A stretch of DNA of 64,000 bases from NCBI GenBank assembly GCA_965204755.1, contig OZ242011.1, positions 2,112,001 to 2,176,000 on the forward strand, given 5' to 3'. The DNA comes from Candidatus Marinacidobacterium sp. Its GTDB lineage: Bacteria; Acidobacteriota; Vicinamibacteria; Marinacidobacterales; Marinacidobacteraceae. This document shows, one piece after another, positions 1 through 9,151 of the stretch (positions within the stretch are counted from its first letter, which is position 1; the number at the start of each line of letters is the position of its first letter). Position numbers and translations under genes: made by a program. The notes below the pieces were generated by a model, which made no database searches, was not told the DNA's origin, and worked only from the letters and a program-made list of their open reading frames with translations.

Positions 1-391
1 TGAACGAGCCGTCGTCGTTCTTGAACAACCTCGGGAAGACCTCGTAATGGTCGGTCATGCGGCGACCCCCGTCCACGGCCAGGATATCCGTGAAGTGCGC
101 GGAGGGCTCGAGATCCATTCGAGTGATGTACTCTCGGAAATCCGGCCGCTTCGGAGACATCAACCGATTCTGGAAAACCGGGAAGAGTTGCGACGACGCG
201 TAGTCGCCGTGGAGGTCGGAGAACCCGGGAACGACTTCGAATCCACCGGTTGCCTTGGCGCTCTCGGCGCCCTTGACATGGCGGAAACGATAGTGCGGCG
301 CGGCCAGATCCACATCGAGTCGTCCCACCGGGAACCAAGCGCGCGTCCGCCCTCGATCCTGCCAGCCGAGGTACAGCGTTCTCTCACTCAT
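1..391 (-). CDS. HipA-associated protein, probably HIRAN-domain (partial, runs off the window edge)
   Basis: Not in the ORF track. Manual translation from the ATG at 391, which overlaps the upstream stop (ATGA), gives MSERTLYLGWQ...AWFPVGRLD...SSQLFPVFQNRLMSPKRPDF...DGGRRMTDHYEVFP. This is the typical N-terminus of HIRAN partners of HipA-like kinases. Confidence 0.75.
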   Translation of the reverse strand, partial: MSERTLYLGWQDRGRTRAWFPVGRLDVDLAAPHYRFRHVKGAESAKATGGFEVVPGFSDLHGDYASSQLFPVFQNRLMSPKRPDFREYITRMDLEPSAHFTDILAVDGGRRMTDHYEVFPRLFKNDDGSF

Positions 392-1278
392 GGCAGGCAC
401 TCGACGATCCGGGCGGCATTGTAGCGCATGAGCGATGCGGCGAATTCCCGATCCGGTCCGGTCATCCAATTCTCGGGAACGCGATGGACCAGATCGAGGA
501 AGTCCACTTCGAGGTCACGGACTCTCTCGATCGGATCCCGAAACAGATCCGGGTAAGCGGGCGTGGCTCTACGGACGATCTCCAGAGGGCTTGGGCCGTG
601 CCGCCCCCTGTCCGTCCAGTACACGGCGCCGCGCGCCCGCTCGGAGTAGCGGCCGACACCTCCTTCGCGCAGTTTTCCCTCTCGCTTCGCGTCTCGAAGT
701 TCTCGCCCCAGGGAGGACGCGTGGTCGAAAGTCGGCGCGAGGCGGCCCTTGATGTCGGTCTCCGTCGGTTCGACCAGAACTCCCCAGTTCTCGTGATGAC
801 GATCGGTGTTGCCGATGAGCGCGTCGAGAACGATGTAGCCGGCGAACTGCCGCTTGGCTGTCGCCGCCGCTGCTTCCGACCGAGAGGCGACTTCGAGAGC
901 ATGGAGAATGTTGGAGAGCGTATGAGCCGATTGCCCGAAGCGTTTGTCGCGATCGTACGACATCGCGGCAGCGAGGACTTCATTACCGTGCCAAAGTGTG
1001 CGGTGATCGCTCGTAAACGACTTGGTAATGGAACCTCGAACACCGCAGATCGTCGCCAACTCCACTACGGCGTGAAGGATTCGGAGGTGACCTGCGATCT
1101 CGGCGGCGATCTTCTCAGCCCAATGCTGGCCGGTGCCCTCCTGGGGATATTTGAACAACCAAGAGGCCTCGCTGCGGGAACGCCGATACCAGAACTTGTC
1201 CTTGCTACCCATCGTTTCATGGACGAGCATACTGTCCGGATCGACCTGTTGAACGGGAAAGAACGCGTCTTCCGACAC
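388..1278 (-). CDS. HipA-like (HipA_C/CtkA-type) kinase toxin
   Basis: C-terminal part of ORF 388..2784, with motifs GSKDKFW, WLFKYP, WAEKIAAEIA, DALIGNTDRHHENW and LAPTFDHASSLG. The GTG start at 1278 lies just after the upstream stop. Confidence 0.85.
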   Translation of the reverse strand: MSEDAFFPVQQVDPDSMLVHETMGSKDKFWYRRSRSEASWLFKYPQEGTGQHWAEKIAAEIAGHLRILHAVVELATICGVRGSITKSFTSDHRTLWHGNEVLAAAMSYDRDKRFGQSAHTLSNILHALEVASRSEAAAATAKRQFAGYIVLDALIGNTDRHHENWGVLVEPTETDIKGRLAPTFDHASSLGRELRDAKREGKLREGGVGRYSERARGAVYWTDRGRHGPSPLEIVRRATPAYPDLFRDPIERVRDLEVDFLDLVHRVPENWMTGPDREFAASLMRYNAARIVECLP

Positions 1279-1286
1279 GGCGGCGG

Positions 1287-2936
1287 TTACTGCGCCCGGT
1301 ACCCCGGCCCCCGGAGGACCCGGCCGGGGAGGGCGTCGGTGGGGCGGCCGTCGGCGATGACGGCGACGCCGTTCACGAAGACCCAGTCGATGCCGATGGG
1401 GTAGCGCTCCGGCTCCTGGAAAGTCGCCTGGTCGCGCACTCCTTCGGGGTCGAAGAGGACCAGGTCGGCGCGCATTCCGGGGCGGATCAACCCCCGGTCG
1501 GCGAGGCCCAGGCGGTTCGCCGGGGCGGAGGTCATCTTGCGCACCGCTTCTTCGAGGGTCAGCAGCCCCTCCTCGCGCACATATTTCGCCAGGACGCGGG
1601 GATGCGTGCCGAAGGAACGCGGGTGCGGTTTCCCCATCGGCGTCCGCATACCCGCGGCGAGCGCGCTCCCGTCGGAGCCGATGTGGGTGAACGGGAGCGC
1701 CAGGGCCTGTCTCAGGTTCGGCTCCGTGTTGCCGAAGGAGATCTGGAAACCTTCGCCCTCCTGTTCGACCAGCAGGTCGAGCAGCGCTTCCTCCGGCGAG
1801 GTGTCCCGCGCGGTTCCGAGATCCACGATGGAGAGGCCGTCCACTTCGGCCCGGAAGGAACTCACGAAGGTCCGCTCCCACCTGGGGCGCTCCCGCTCCC
1901 GCTCGCGGAGTTCGGCGAGCAGCCGCTCCCGGTCCGCCTCGTCGGTCAGCCGCTCCAGCATCCGTTCGGCGCCGCCCTCCTGCGCCCATTGGGGCAGCAG
2001 CGAGCGCAGGTAGGTCCAGCCGGCGATGTAGGGGTACGCATTCCCGGTCACTTCCACCCCGAAGGCGCGCGCCTCGGCGATGACTTCGGCGTACTCGGCG
2101 ATCCGGTCGCCGGAAGTGGAGTTCAGGTGGTGGATCTCGAGCCCGGCGCCCGAGTCCCGGGCGATGGCGATTCCTTCGTGGAGCCCCTCGACGCCGCTCC
2201 GCAGGTGGCTCACATAGAAGCCGCCGTACGACGCCGCGACCCGCGCCAGCGCCGTCAACTCCTCGGTGTCGGCGAACGCGTTCGGGATGTACGCCAGGCC
2301 GCTCGCCAGCGCGAAGGCGCCCTGCTCCATCGCTTCGGCGACGAGCCGCTCCATCTCCCGCAACTCCTCGTCGGTCGCTTCGCGCTCCTCGTAGCCGACC
2401 ACCGAGGCGCGCACCTGTCCCGAACCCACATAGGACACCACATTGAGGCCGATCCCCGCGGCGTCCAGCCGGTCGAGGTAGCCGCCGAGCGTCGTCCAGT
2501 CGCGCTCGATCGGCGGCGCCACCATCATCGGGTCGTCCACCGCCGGCCCGAGCACCGGGCCCGCCGAAAGGTGTTCGCCCAGCACTTCGGTGGTCACCCC
2601 CTGCGCCACCTTGCTCAGCGCCCGCGGGTCCACGACCAGCCCGTACTCCGAATGGGCATGCATGTCGATGAATCCCGGCGCGAGCGCCCGGCCCCGGGCC
2701 TCGACGACCTGCGCGGCCGGAGGAGTCTCCGGCCCGACCGAAGTGATCGTGTCCCCGGTCACCGCCACATTCGCGCGGTACCAAGGACTGCCGGTCCCGT
2801 CCACCACCCGCGCGCCGACGATCAGCAGGTCGGCCTGATTCGCGGTCTCGGGCGCCGGCCCGCTGCAGCCGGCGAAGAAGAAGACGGAGGCCAGCAGCCT
2901 CCCGGCCCGCGCGGCCGCGTTCGTTCGCATCGTCAT
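1287..2936 (-). CDS. N-acyl-D-amino-acid deacylase family amidohydrolase (lipoprotein signal)
   Basis: Motifs PGFIDMHAHS, GSDG, HPRSFGTHPRVL and EEAVRKMTSAPA; N-terminal FAGC lipobox-like signal. Confidence 0.9.
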   Translation of the reverse strand: MTMRTNAAARAGRLLASVFFFAGCSGPAPETANQADLLIVGARVVDGTGSPWYRANVAVTGDTITSVGPETPPAAQVVEARGRALAPGFIDMHAHSEYGLVVDPRALSKVAQGVTTEVLGEHLSAGPVLGPAVDDPMMVAPPIERDWTTLGGYLDRLDAAGIGLNVVSYVGSGQVRASVVGYEEREATDEELREMERLVAEAMEQGAFALASGLAYIPNAFADTEELTALARVAASYGGFYVSHLRSGVEGLHEGIAIARDSGAGLEIHHLNSTSGDRIAEYAEVIAEARAFGVEVTGNAYPYIAGWTYLRSLLPQWAQEGGAERMLERLTDEADRERLLAELRERERERPRWERTFVSSFRAEVDGLSIVDLGTARDTSPEEALLDLLVEQEGEGFQISFGNTEPNLRQALALPFTHIGSDGSALAAGMRTPMGKPHPRSFGTHPRVLAKYVREEGLLTLEEAVRKMTSAPANRLGLADRGLIRPGMRADLVLFDPEGVRDQATFQEPERYPIGIDWVFVNGVAVIADGRPTDALPGRVLRGPGYRAQ

Positions 2937-3132
2937 CGTTCCCTCCTGCCGGGGCTGCCCGTAGGTTACCGGGGATCGGGCCGCTGCCGGCCGGCGGCCG
3001 CCCCGGTCAGCCCGTGGAGGAGGTCCGGGGAGCGCCCGTCGGCGCGAAGCGCCGACCGGGGAGGGGTGCGGGGAGGGGGTGGCCCCCTCCCCGCGGAAGA
3101 TGGCGGAGCGAATCGCGCAGCGATTCGCTCCG

Positions 3133-5655
3133 TCAGAAGAACCGGATCGAGTAACTCAGTCGGAACCCGCGTCCGATCTGCGGGGCGCGGTCCTTGATGA
3201 TCGAGGTGTGGTACCGGTACTCCGCATCGGTGAGGTTGTAGCCCCGCAGCGAAACGCTGTGGGTGGTGTGCGCGCCGACGAACACATACGCCGCGGTGAG
3301 GTCGAAGACTGCGTAGCCGTCGGTGGGCGTCTCGCCGGTGTAGACGCGGTCCATCCGGGCCGCCCAGCGCACGGAAGGCGTGATGGAGAGGCGCTGGATC
3401 GGGAGACGCAGTTCCGCCTTGCCCTGCAGCGGCGGAATCCGCGGGGCGTAGTCGTTGGTCTGCGTCAGCCGGGCATCCACCCACGAAGCGGTAACCGACA
3501 GTTCCGCGGCGCCGAGGTGGGCGCCGGCTTCGAGGTCGAATCCCTGGTAGCGGGCGTCGGTCTGTCCGAACTCCAGCACCGGGAATCCGCCCTCTTCTTC
3601 CCCGGTGGCGGCGGCGAAGATGAAGTCGTTGGTCTGGTAACGGAAGAAGTTGAGGCTGCCGTGGAATTCGTCGGCGCGGTGCCGCAGGCTCATCTCGAAC
3701 CCGAGGGAGCGTTCCGCTTCGAGGTTCGGGTCGCCGATGTCGAACGACATGTTCCCGGCGTGCGGCCCGAAGTTGTACAACTCTTCGATCGCCGGCGCCC
3801 GGGTGGAATAACTGACCGTCCCGACCAGCGAGGACCGGTCGTCGAGAGCCAGCCGCGCGCCCAGACTCCCGGAAGCGCCGAGGAAGTCCCGATCGCGGAC
3901 CGGCGGCGCCTCGTGTTCGTCGTGGTGCTCGCCCTCTTCCTCTTCGTCGTGGTGCTCGCCTTCCTCTTCCTCTTCCTCGTCGTGGTGCTCCTCTTCCTCC
4001 TCTTCGTGGTGCTCCTCTTCCTCGTGCGCGTGGCCGGCCGCCTCCGGCCGTTCCCCGGCCTGGTAGTCGCTTCGTTCGAGCCGCGCCCCGAGGAGCAGGT
4101 CGACCCGGTCGCCGACCTGGAACTCGTTGTAAGCGAACGCGGCGAAGGCGTTCTGCCTCACTTCCGGCGACAGCGCTTCCTCGCCGGCGCTGGCGAAGTC
4201 GCGCAGGTGTCCCCAGCCGCCGAGCCGGCTGCGGAACCTTCCGGCGGTCCGCTTCAACTCGCCGCGAAGGACGATGGAGCGATTCTCGAAGGTCGTGGCC
4301 ACGATTTCGTCGCCGTCGGGGAAGACCTCGATCTCCTCGTGCCCGTAGTCCGAGTAGCGGACGGTGAACGCCGCTTCGTCGAAACCCGGTACCGGGTCGA
4401 AGATTCCGAAGTCGGTGCGCAGTTGCCGGCGGTCCATCGTGATGTCGGCCTGCGCGTCCTCGTGCGCGTGTTCGTCCTCTTCGTGCCCTTCCTCTTCTTC
4501 GTCGTGGTGCTCGCCTTCTTCCTCTTCTTCGTGGTGTTCGCCTTCCTCCTCTTCGTGCTCTTCGTGCTCGTCGTGGTCTTCTTCACCGTGCGCGTGGAAG
4601 GGCACTCCGTACCGCGAATCGTCCATCTTCCCGGAAACCGAGAACCAGGCGCGGTCGCCCAGCAGGCCGATGCCGACTTCCCCCTGGTCCATCCGGGTGT
4701 GGGTGTTCTCCACCGGGCCGCCGGGCGCTTCGTAGTCCCCGGTGCGGACGGTGTTCCCGCCGCCCCAGACGAACCATCCGTCTCCGCCGGCCTGGAGGCG
4801 CGTCCCGGCGCGGCGGCCTTCGTCACCGACCGAACCGGCGAGGCTCGCCTGGCCCCGGAAACCCGGCGGCGGGCGCCGCGCGAGATGCGAGCCCATGGAG
4901 ACCACATTCACCGCGCCTCCGATCGCGTTCGAGCCGTAGAGCAGCGTCGCCGGCCCGCGCACCACTTCCACCCGCTCCGCCTGCGAGCCGTCCACCGGCA
5001 CGCCGTGGTCGGCCGAGGTCGCGCCCAGGTCGCCGGTGCGGACGCCGTCTTCCATGATCAGCACCCGGTCGCCGTCGAAGCCGCGGAGGATGGGGCGGGT
5101 GGAGCCCGGTCCCGCGCTGCGGATCGCCACTCCCGCGCGGCCTTCGAGCAGCGTCGCCAGCGTTTCGGCGCCCGCTCCCTGGAGTTCGGCCCCGGCCAGC
5201 GAAGACACCGAACTGAAATTGTCCAGCGTGGAGGAGTCACCGGCGGAAGCGGTAACCGTGATGCGTTCGGCGATGTGGGGGGTGATATCGACCGAGATGG
5301 GCTCGGCGAGCGGCTGGACGCCGTCGTCGCGATGCTCCAACTCGACGATGCGGCGGGCGGAAAGACCGCCGAGTTCCACCAGGAGGGTGAGCACCGGATA
5401 TTCCTCCGGCGCCGCCGCGACTTCGAAGGCGCCGGCATCGTCGGAGTAAACCCGCTGTCCGGTCTCGAGGACCAGCACTTCGGCGCCGTGCCCGGGGTTG
5501 TCCGTCGAGCCGATGACGATCGTGCCCCGGACGGCGATTTCGTGGGCGTAGGCGGAAGCGCCGATCGCCAGCGCTCCCGCGGTCAGGCCGACCCGGAAGC
5601 CGGCCCGCAGGGAAAGGGGGGTAAGAAGAAAGGGAAAGGGGGAATGCCGCCGCAT
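3133..5655 (-). CDS. TonB-dependent receptor, ZnuD-like, with two His/Glu-rich inserts
   Basis: Plug motifs RPILRGFDGDRVLIMEDG and VEVVRGPATLLYGSNAIGGAVN; C-terminal Phe; two HHEEEEEGEHHDEEEE runs. Confidence 0.9.
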   Translation of the reverse strand: MRRHSPFPFLLTPLSLRAGFRVGLTAGALAIGASAYAHEIAVRGTIVIGSTDNPGHGAEVLVLETGQRVYSDDAGAFEVAAAPEEYPVLTLLVELGGLSARRIVELEHRDDGVQPLAEPISVDITPHIAERITVTASAGDSSTLDNFSSVSSLAGAELQGAGAETLATLLEGRAGVAIRSAGPGSTRPILRGFDGDRVLIMEDGVRTGDLGATSADHGVPVDGSQAERVEVVRGPATLLYGSNAIGGAVNVVSMGSHLARRPPPGFRGQASLAGSVGDEGRRAGTRLQAGGDGWFVWGGGNTVRTGDYEAPGGPVENTHTRMDQGEVGIGLLGDRAWFSVSGKMDDSRYGVPFHAHGEEDHDEHEEHEEEEGEHHEEEEEGEHHDEEEEGHEEDEHAHEDAQADITMDRRQLRTDFGIFDPVPGFDEAAFTVRYSDYGHEEIEVFPDGDEIVATTFENRSIVLRGELKRTAGRFRSRLGGWGHLRDFASAGEEALSPEVRQNAFAAFAYNEFQVGDRVDLLLGARLERSDYQAGERPEAAGHAHEEEEHHEEEEEEHHDEEEEEEGEHHDEEEEGEHHDEHEAPPVRDRDFLGASGSLGARLALDDRSSLVGTVSYSTRAPAIEELYNFGPHAGNMSFDIGDPNLEAERSLGFEMSLRHRADEFHGSLNFFRYQTNDFIFAAATGEEEGGFPVLEFGQTDARYQGFDLEAGAHLGAAELSVTASWVDARLTQTNDYAPRIPPLQGKAELRLPIQRLSITPSVRWAARMDRVYTGETPTDGYAVFDLTAAYVFVGAHTTHSVSLRGYNLTDAEYRYHTSIIKDRAPQIGRGFRLSYSIRFF

Positions 5656-5752
5656 GAGGAACCTCCTCGCGTCGCAGGCAGGGAGGAACGACCGTCCACA
5701 GGCTCGCCGACGCGGGAGCCGGCCGTTACCGGACTATGGAGTTCGTCGGCGG

Positions 5753-6034
5753 TCAGGCCGGCGGCCCGCGGGGCGCGCCGGACTCGAGGACCGGCGGCGG
5801 CGCGCGGCGCTCTTCCTCGGCGACGACCGACCCGGTGACCGCGGACGGCGCCGGAACCACCCCGCCCGTCGGGACGGCGGCGCTCTCGACGGTCGAGGTC
5901 GCGCAGATCCGGCACTCCGATTCGGGCCGGTCCGGGTGGTCGTGGAGCGCCCAGGCAGCCGGCGCGAACAGCGCCATCGCCAACAGGAGGGCGATGGCCA
6001 CTGCCGCGCGCGGGCGGCCGCTTCCGCTGATCAT
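5753..6034 (-). CDS. DUF2946-like leader peptide (TM segment, CxxC, C-terminal RGPP)
   Basis: 93 aa from the ATG at 6034: hydrophobic segment, HDH...CRIC, ending PRGPPA. It lies immediately upstream of the TonB receptor. Confidence 0.75.
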   Translation of the reverse strand: MISGSGRPRAAVAIALLLAMALFAPAAWALHDHPDRPESECRICATSTVESAAVPTGGVVPAPSAVTGSVVAEEERRAPPPVLESGAPRGPPA

Positions 6035-6125
6035 GTCCGAACCGGGAAGCCTAGCAGCCCGTGGCTTCCCTGCCCGTCGGGCCGCGCGGAGGGGCGCCGC
6101 CGTCACTCCCCGCCCGGTTCCCGGG

Positions 6126-6716
6126 TCACCGTTCCGGGACGAACTCGATGACCAGGTTGCGGAGCGGGGCGTCGCCGATGTTCTTCACGATGTGGACCAC
6201 CGGCGGGTTGAACTTGATCGTCCCCGGGACCTGGGTCTTGAAGACTTCGTCGGCGCCGTCCGGCCACTGCTGCAACTCGGTCGCGCCGAGCACCAGCACC
6301 ACCCGGGCGGCGTGGGAGTGGCGGGCGCGCGTGTCCCCCGGCTCCAGCCGCTCCTCGAAGACGAAGTAGCCGTCCCCGGCGTGGAGCCGGAGGTTCTTCT
6401 CCGCCGCGATCTCTTCGTCCGGCCCGGCGGCCGGCGGCCGGTCGGGCTTCAGGTTCACCTCCGCCCAGTCCTCGCCGGAAACGCGGTAGGCCTCCCCGGC
6501 GGGAACGACCAGCGCGTCGCCGTAGGCGAGACGCGCCGCTTCGCCGCCCGCGCGCTCGACCGCGACTTCGCCGAAGGACACGACCACCCGGTCGCCGCAG
6601 CCGGGGCCGGCCTCGGCGCAGGGCGCCGCGCCCCGATGCACCGCCGCCCAGGCGTTGTCCAGGACCGGGTCGGCGGGGGCCGCCGCGGCGAACAGGAGGA
6701 GGAAAAGTGACTGCAT
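6126..6716 (-). CDS. secreted cupin-domain protein
   Basis: Signal peptide; cupin motifs LEPGDTRARHSH and PPVVHIVKNIG. Confidence 0.7.
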   Translation of the reverse strand: MQSLFLLLFAAAAPADPVLDNAWAAVHRGAAPCAEAGPGCGDRVVVSFGEVAVERAGGEAARLAYGDALVVPAGEAYRVSGEDWAEVNLKPDRPPAAGPDEEIAAEKNLRLHAGDGYFVFEERLEPGDTRARHSHAARVVLVLGATELQQWPDGADEVFKTQVPGTIKFNPPVVHIVKNIGDAPLRNLVIEFVPER

Positions 6717-6784
6717 CGGGCCCGCTCCGTGGTGGTTCGCGGCCCCGGCGGGAGCGCCGGGCCGCTGTCCTACGATAGCGGCGA

Positions 6785-9151
6785 ATGCCGGTCCGCCCCC
6801 TCTCCGGTCCGCCGGTCACCCCGCCCGGCGGGCCGCCCGTCGGTCCGACCACGAGCCGCGGTGGCGGCGACTCGCCGCGGCCCCGCCCGCCGGCCGCGCC
6901 CGCCCGCCTCCGCCGGGGGCCGGCCGCCCTCGTCTTCGGCGCGTTCCTCGCGCCGGCGGCCTCGCTTGCGCCGGCGGCTTCGCTCGCCGCGCTCCCTCCG
7001 CCGTCCGCCGCTTCCGCCCGGCAATCGCCGACGCCCGGCGGCCCGCCAGTCCCGGAGACCGGCGCGCCCGGGCTGACCCGGATCGCCCTCTACCCGACCC
7101 CGGCGCTCCACCCCGCGGGGGGCAGCGCGCTGCTCCGCCGGGCCCCCGGCCCCTTCGGCGTCTCCGTGACCCGCGACGGAAGCCAGCGCCACCGGCTCGA
7201 AGTCGAGATCTCCGGGCTGCCCGAACCCGGCGCCCTCGGCCCCTACCGGGCCTATGTGGCCTGGGCGACGACGCCGCTGATGTCCCCGGTCGTCCGCCTG
7301 GGCGAAGTCGGCAACGGCCTCTTCCCGGACCTCGGGCCGGTCGCCTTCGACAAGTTCGTCCTGCTGGTGAGCGCCGAGGCCTCCGCCGACGCCGGGACCC
7401 GCGCCGGCCGGCTGGTGCTGCGCGGGGCCTCCCCCTCCACCCGCGTCCTCCCGGACAACCACCTGATGGTCCCGGTCAGCGGCAGCGGCGAAGCGGGCGC
7501 GGCCCCCCCGGCCGGAAGCGATCACGCCGGAATGGACCACGCCGCCATGGGACACGGAAGCGATACCCCCGCCTGGCCCCACCCGCCGATGCTGGAGGAG
7601 ACCCCGATGATCCCCGGCCTCGGCCACCTCCGCCCGGCGCCGCTCCCCTTCCTCCCCCGGGCGCTCGACGGCGAAGACCTCCCGGAAGCCATCCCCTCGC
7701 AGGTCGTCCGACTGCGCGACGGACAGGCGCTCGACCTCGCCGCCGGCCGCGTCCGCCGCCGCCTCCACGGCCGCGAATTCGTGATGTACGGCTTCAACGG
7801 GCAATACCCCGGCCCCCTCGTCCAGGTCGAAAAGGACGCCACCATCTTCGTGAACTTCGAGAACCGCACGCGTTGGCCGACGGCGATCCACTGGCACGGC
7901 ATCCGGCTCGAAAACGCCTACGACGGCGTCCCGCACCTCACCCAGGATCCGGTGCCGCCCGGCGGCCGGTTCCGCTACCGCATCCACTTCCCCGACGCCG
8001 GCCTCTACTGGTACCACCCCCACCACCGCGAAGAGGCGCAGCAGGACCTCGGGCTCTACGGGAACCTGCTGGTCGAGGCGCCGCCCGACGAGTGGTACGC
8101 CCCGGGGCGCCGCGAAGAAGTCCTGATGCTCGACGACCTCCTCGTCGCCGACGACGGCGGACTCTTCCCGTGGGGCGAAGAGCGCGCGACGCACACGCTC
8201 ATGGGCCGGTTCGGGAACCTCCTGCTGGTGAACGGCGAACCGGAATACGAACTGGAGATCGCGCGCGGCGAAGTCGTCCGCTTCTTCCTCACCAATGTCT
8301 CGAACACCCGCACCTTCAACCTGGTCTTCGGCGAACCGGGAACGCACCGGATCAAGGTGGTCGGCTCCGACCTCTCCAAGTTCGAGCGCGAAGTCTGGGC
8401 GGACTCGGTAACCATCGCCCCGGCGGAGCGCTACATCGTGGAAGTCCGCTACGAAACCGCCGGCGAACACGCCCTCGAGAACCGCGTGCGCCCGCTCGAA
8501 CACACCTTCGGCAGTTACTTCTCGCGCGTCACCCGCCTCGGCACGGTGCGCGTCCGGGACGAAGACGCCGACCCCGCCGCCGCCCCCGGCTACGAAACCC
8601 TCCGCGAGAACGCCTCGGTCGTCGCCGATGTCGATCGTTACCGCGGCCGCTTCGCCGATCCTCCGGACTACGAGTTGCTGCTCACGATGGAAGTCGAGGG
8701 CCTCGACCCGGCGATCATGCAGCGGATGCGCGCCGACCGGGTGTTCTTCCCGGCGGTGGAATGGGCGGCGACGATGCCGATGATGAACTCGGTCTCGACG
8801 CCGGAGGAAGTGAGATGGATCGTCCGCGAGCCGGCGACCGGCCGCGAGGACGAGGAGATCTCCTGGCGTTTCTCCGTCGGCGACTCCGTCCGCCTCCGCA
8901 TCGGGAACGACGCCGGCGCCCTCCACGCGATGCAGCACCCCTTCCACATCCACGGCCAGCGGTTCCTGGTAACCGCGCGGAACGGCTCGCCGGTGGAGAA
9001 CCAGGTGTTCAAGGACACGGTGCTCATACCCGCCGGCGAAACCGTGGACCTCCTCCTGGAAGTCACGAACCCCGGCAAGTGGATGGCGCACTGCCACATC
9101 GCGGAACACCTGGAATCCGGCATGAGTTTCGTCTTCGAGGTGGATCCGTGA
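6785..9151 (+). CDS. multicopper oxidase with extra N-terminal domain (start uncertain)
   Basis: All four Cu-binding motifs present: HWHG, WYHPH, HPFHIHG and HCHIAEHLESGM; Met/His-rich linker. Confidence 0.9.
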   Translation: MPVRPLSGPPVTPPGGPPVGPTTSRGGGDSPRPRPPAAPARLRRGPAALVFGAFLAPAASLAPAASLAALPPPSAASARQSPTPGGPPVPETGAPGLTRIALYPTPALHPAGGSALLRRAPGPFGVSVTRDGSQRHRLEVEISGLPEPGALGPYRAYVAWATTPLMSPVVRLGEVGNGLFPDLGPVAFDKFVLLVSAEASADAGTRAGRLVLRGASPSTRVLPDNHLMVPVSGSGEAGAAPPAGSDHAGMDHAAMGHGSDTPAWPHPPMLEETPMIPGLGHLRPAPLPFLPRALDGEDLPEAIPSQVVRLRDGQALDLAAGRVRRRLHGREFVMYGFNGQYPGPLVQVEKDATIFVNFENRTRWPTAIHWHGIRLENAYDGVPHLTQDPVPPGGRFRYRIHFPDAGLYWYHPHHREEAQQDLGLYGNLLVEAPPDEWYAPGRREEVLMLDDLLVADDGGLFPWGEERATHTLMGRFGNLLLVNGEPEYELEIARGEVVRFFLTNVSNTRTFNLVFGEPGTHRIKVVGSDLSKFEREVWADSVTIAPAERYIVEVRYETAGEHALENRVRPLEHTFGSYFSRVTRLGTVRVRDEDADPAAAPGYETLRENASVVADVDRYRGRFADPPDYELLLTMEVEGLDPAIMQRMRADRVFFPAVEWAATMPMMNSVSTPEEVRWIVREPATGREDEEISWRFSVGDSVRLRIGNDAGALHAMQHPFHIHGQRFLVTARNGSPVENQVFKDTVLIPAGETVDLLLEVTNPGKWMAHCHIAEHLESGMSFVFEVDP

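Noticed and set aside
388-2784. 798-aa ORF as a single protein
   Set aside because: The first 500 or so residues are an off-frame shadow of the deacylase gene; only 388..1278 is kinase-like.
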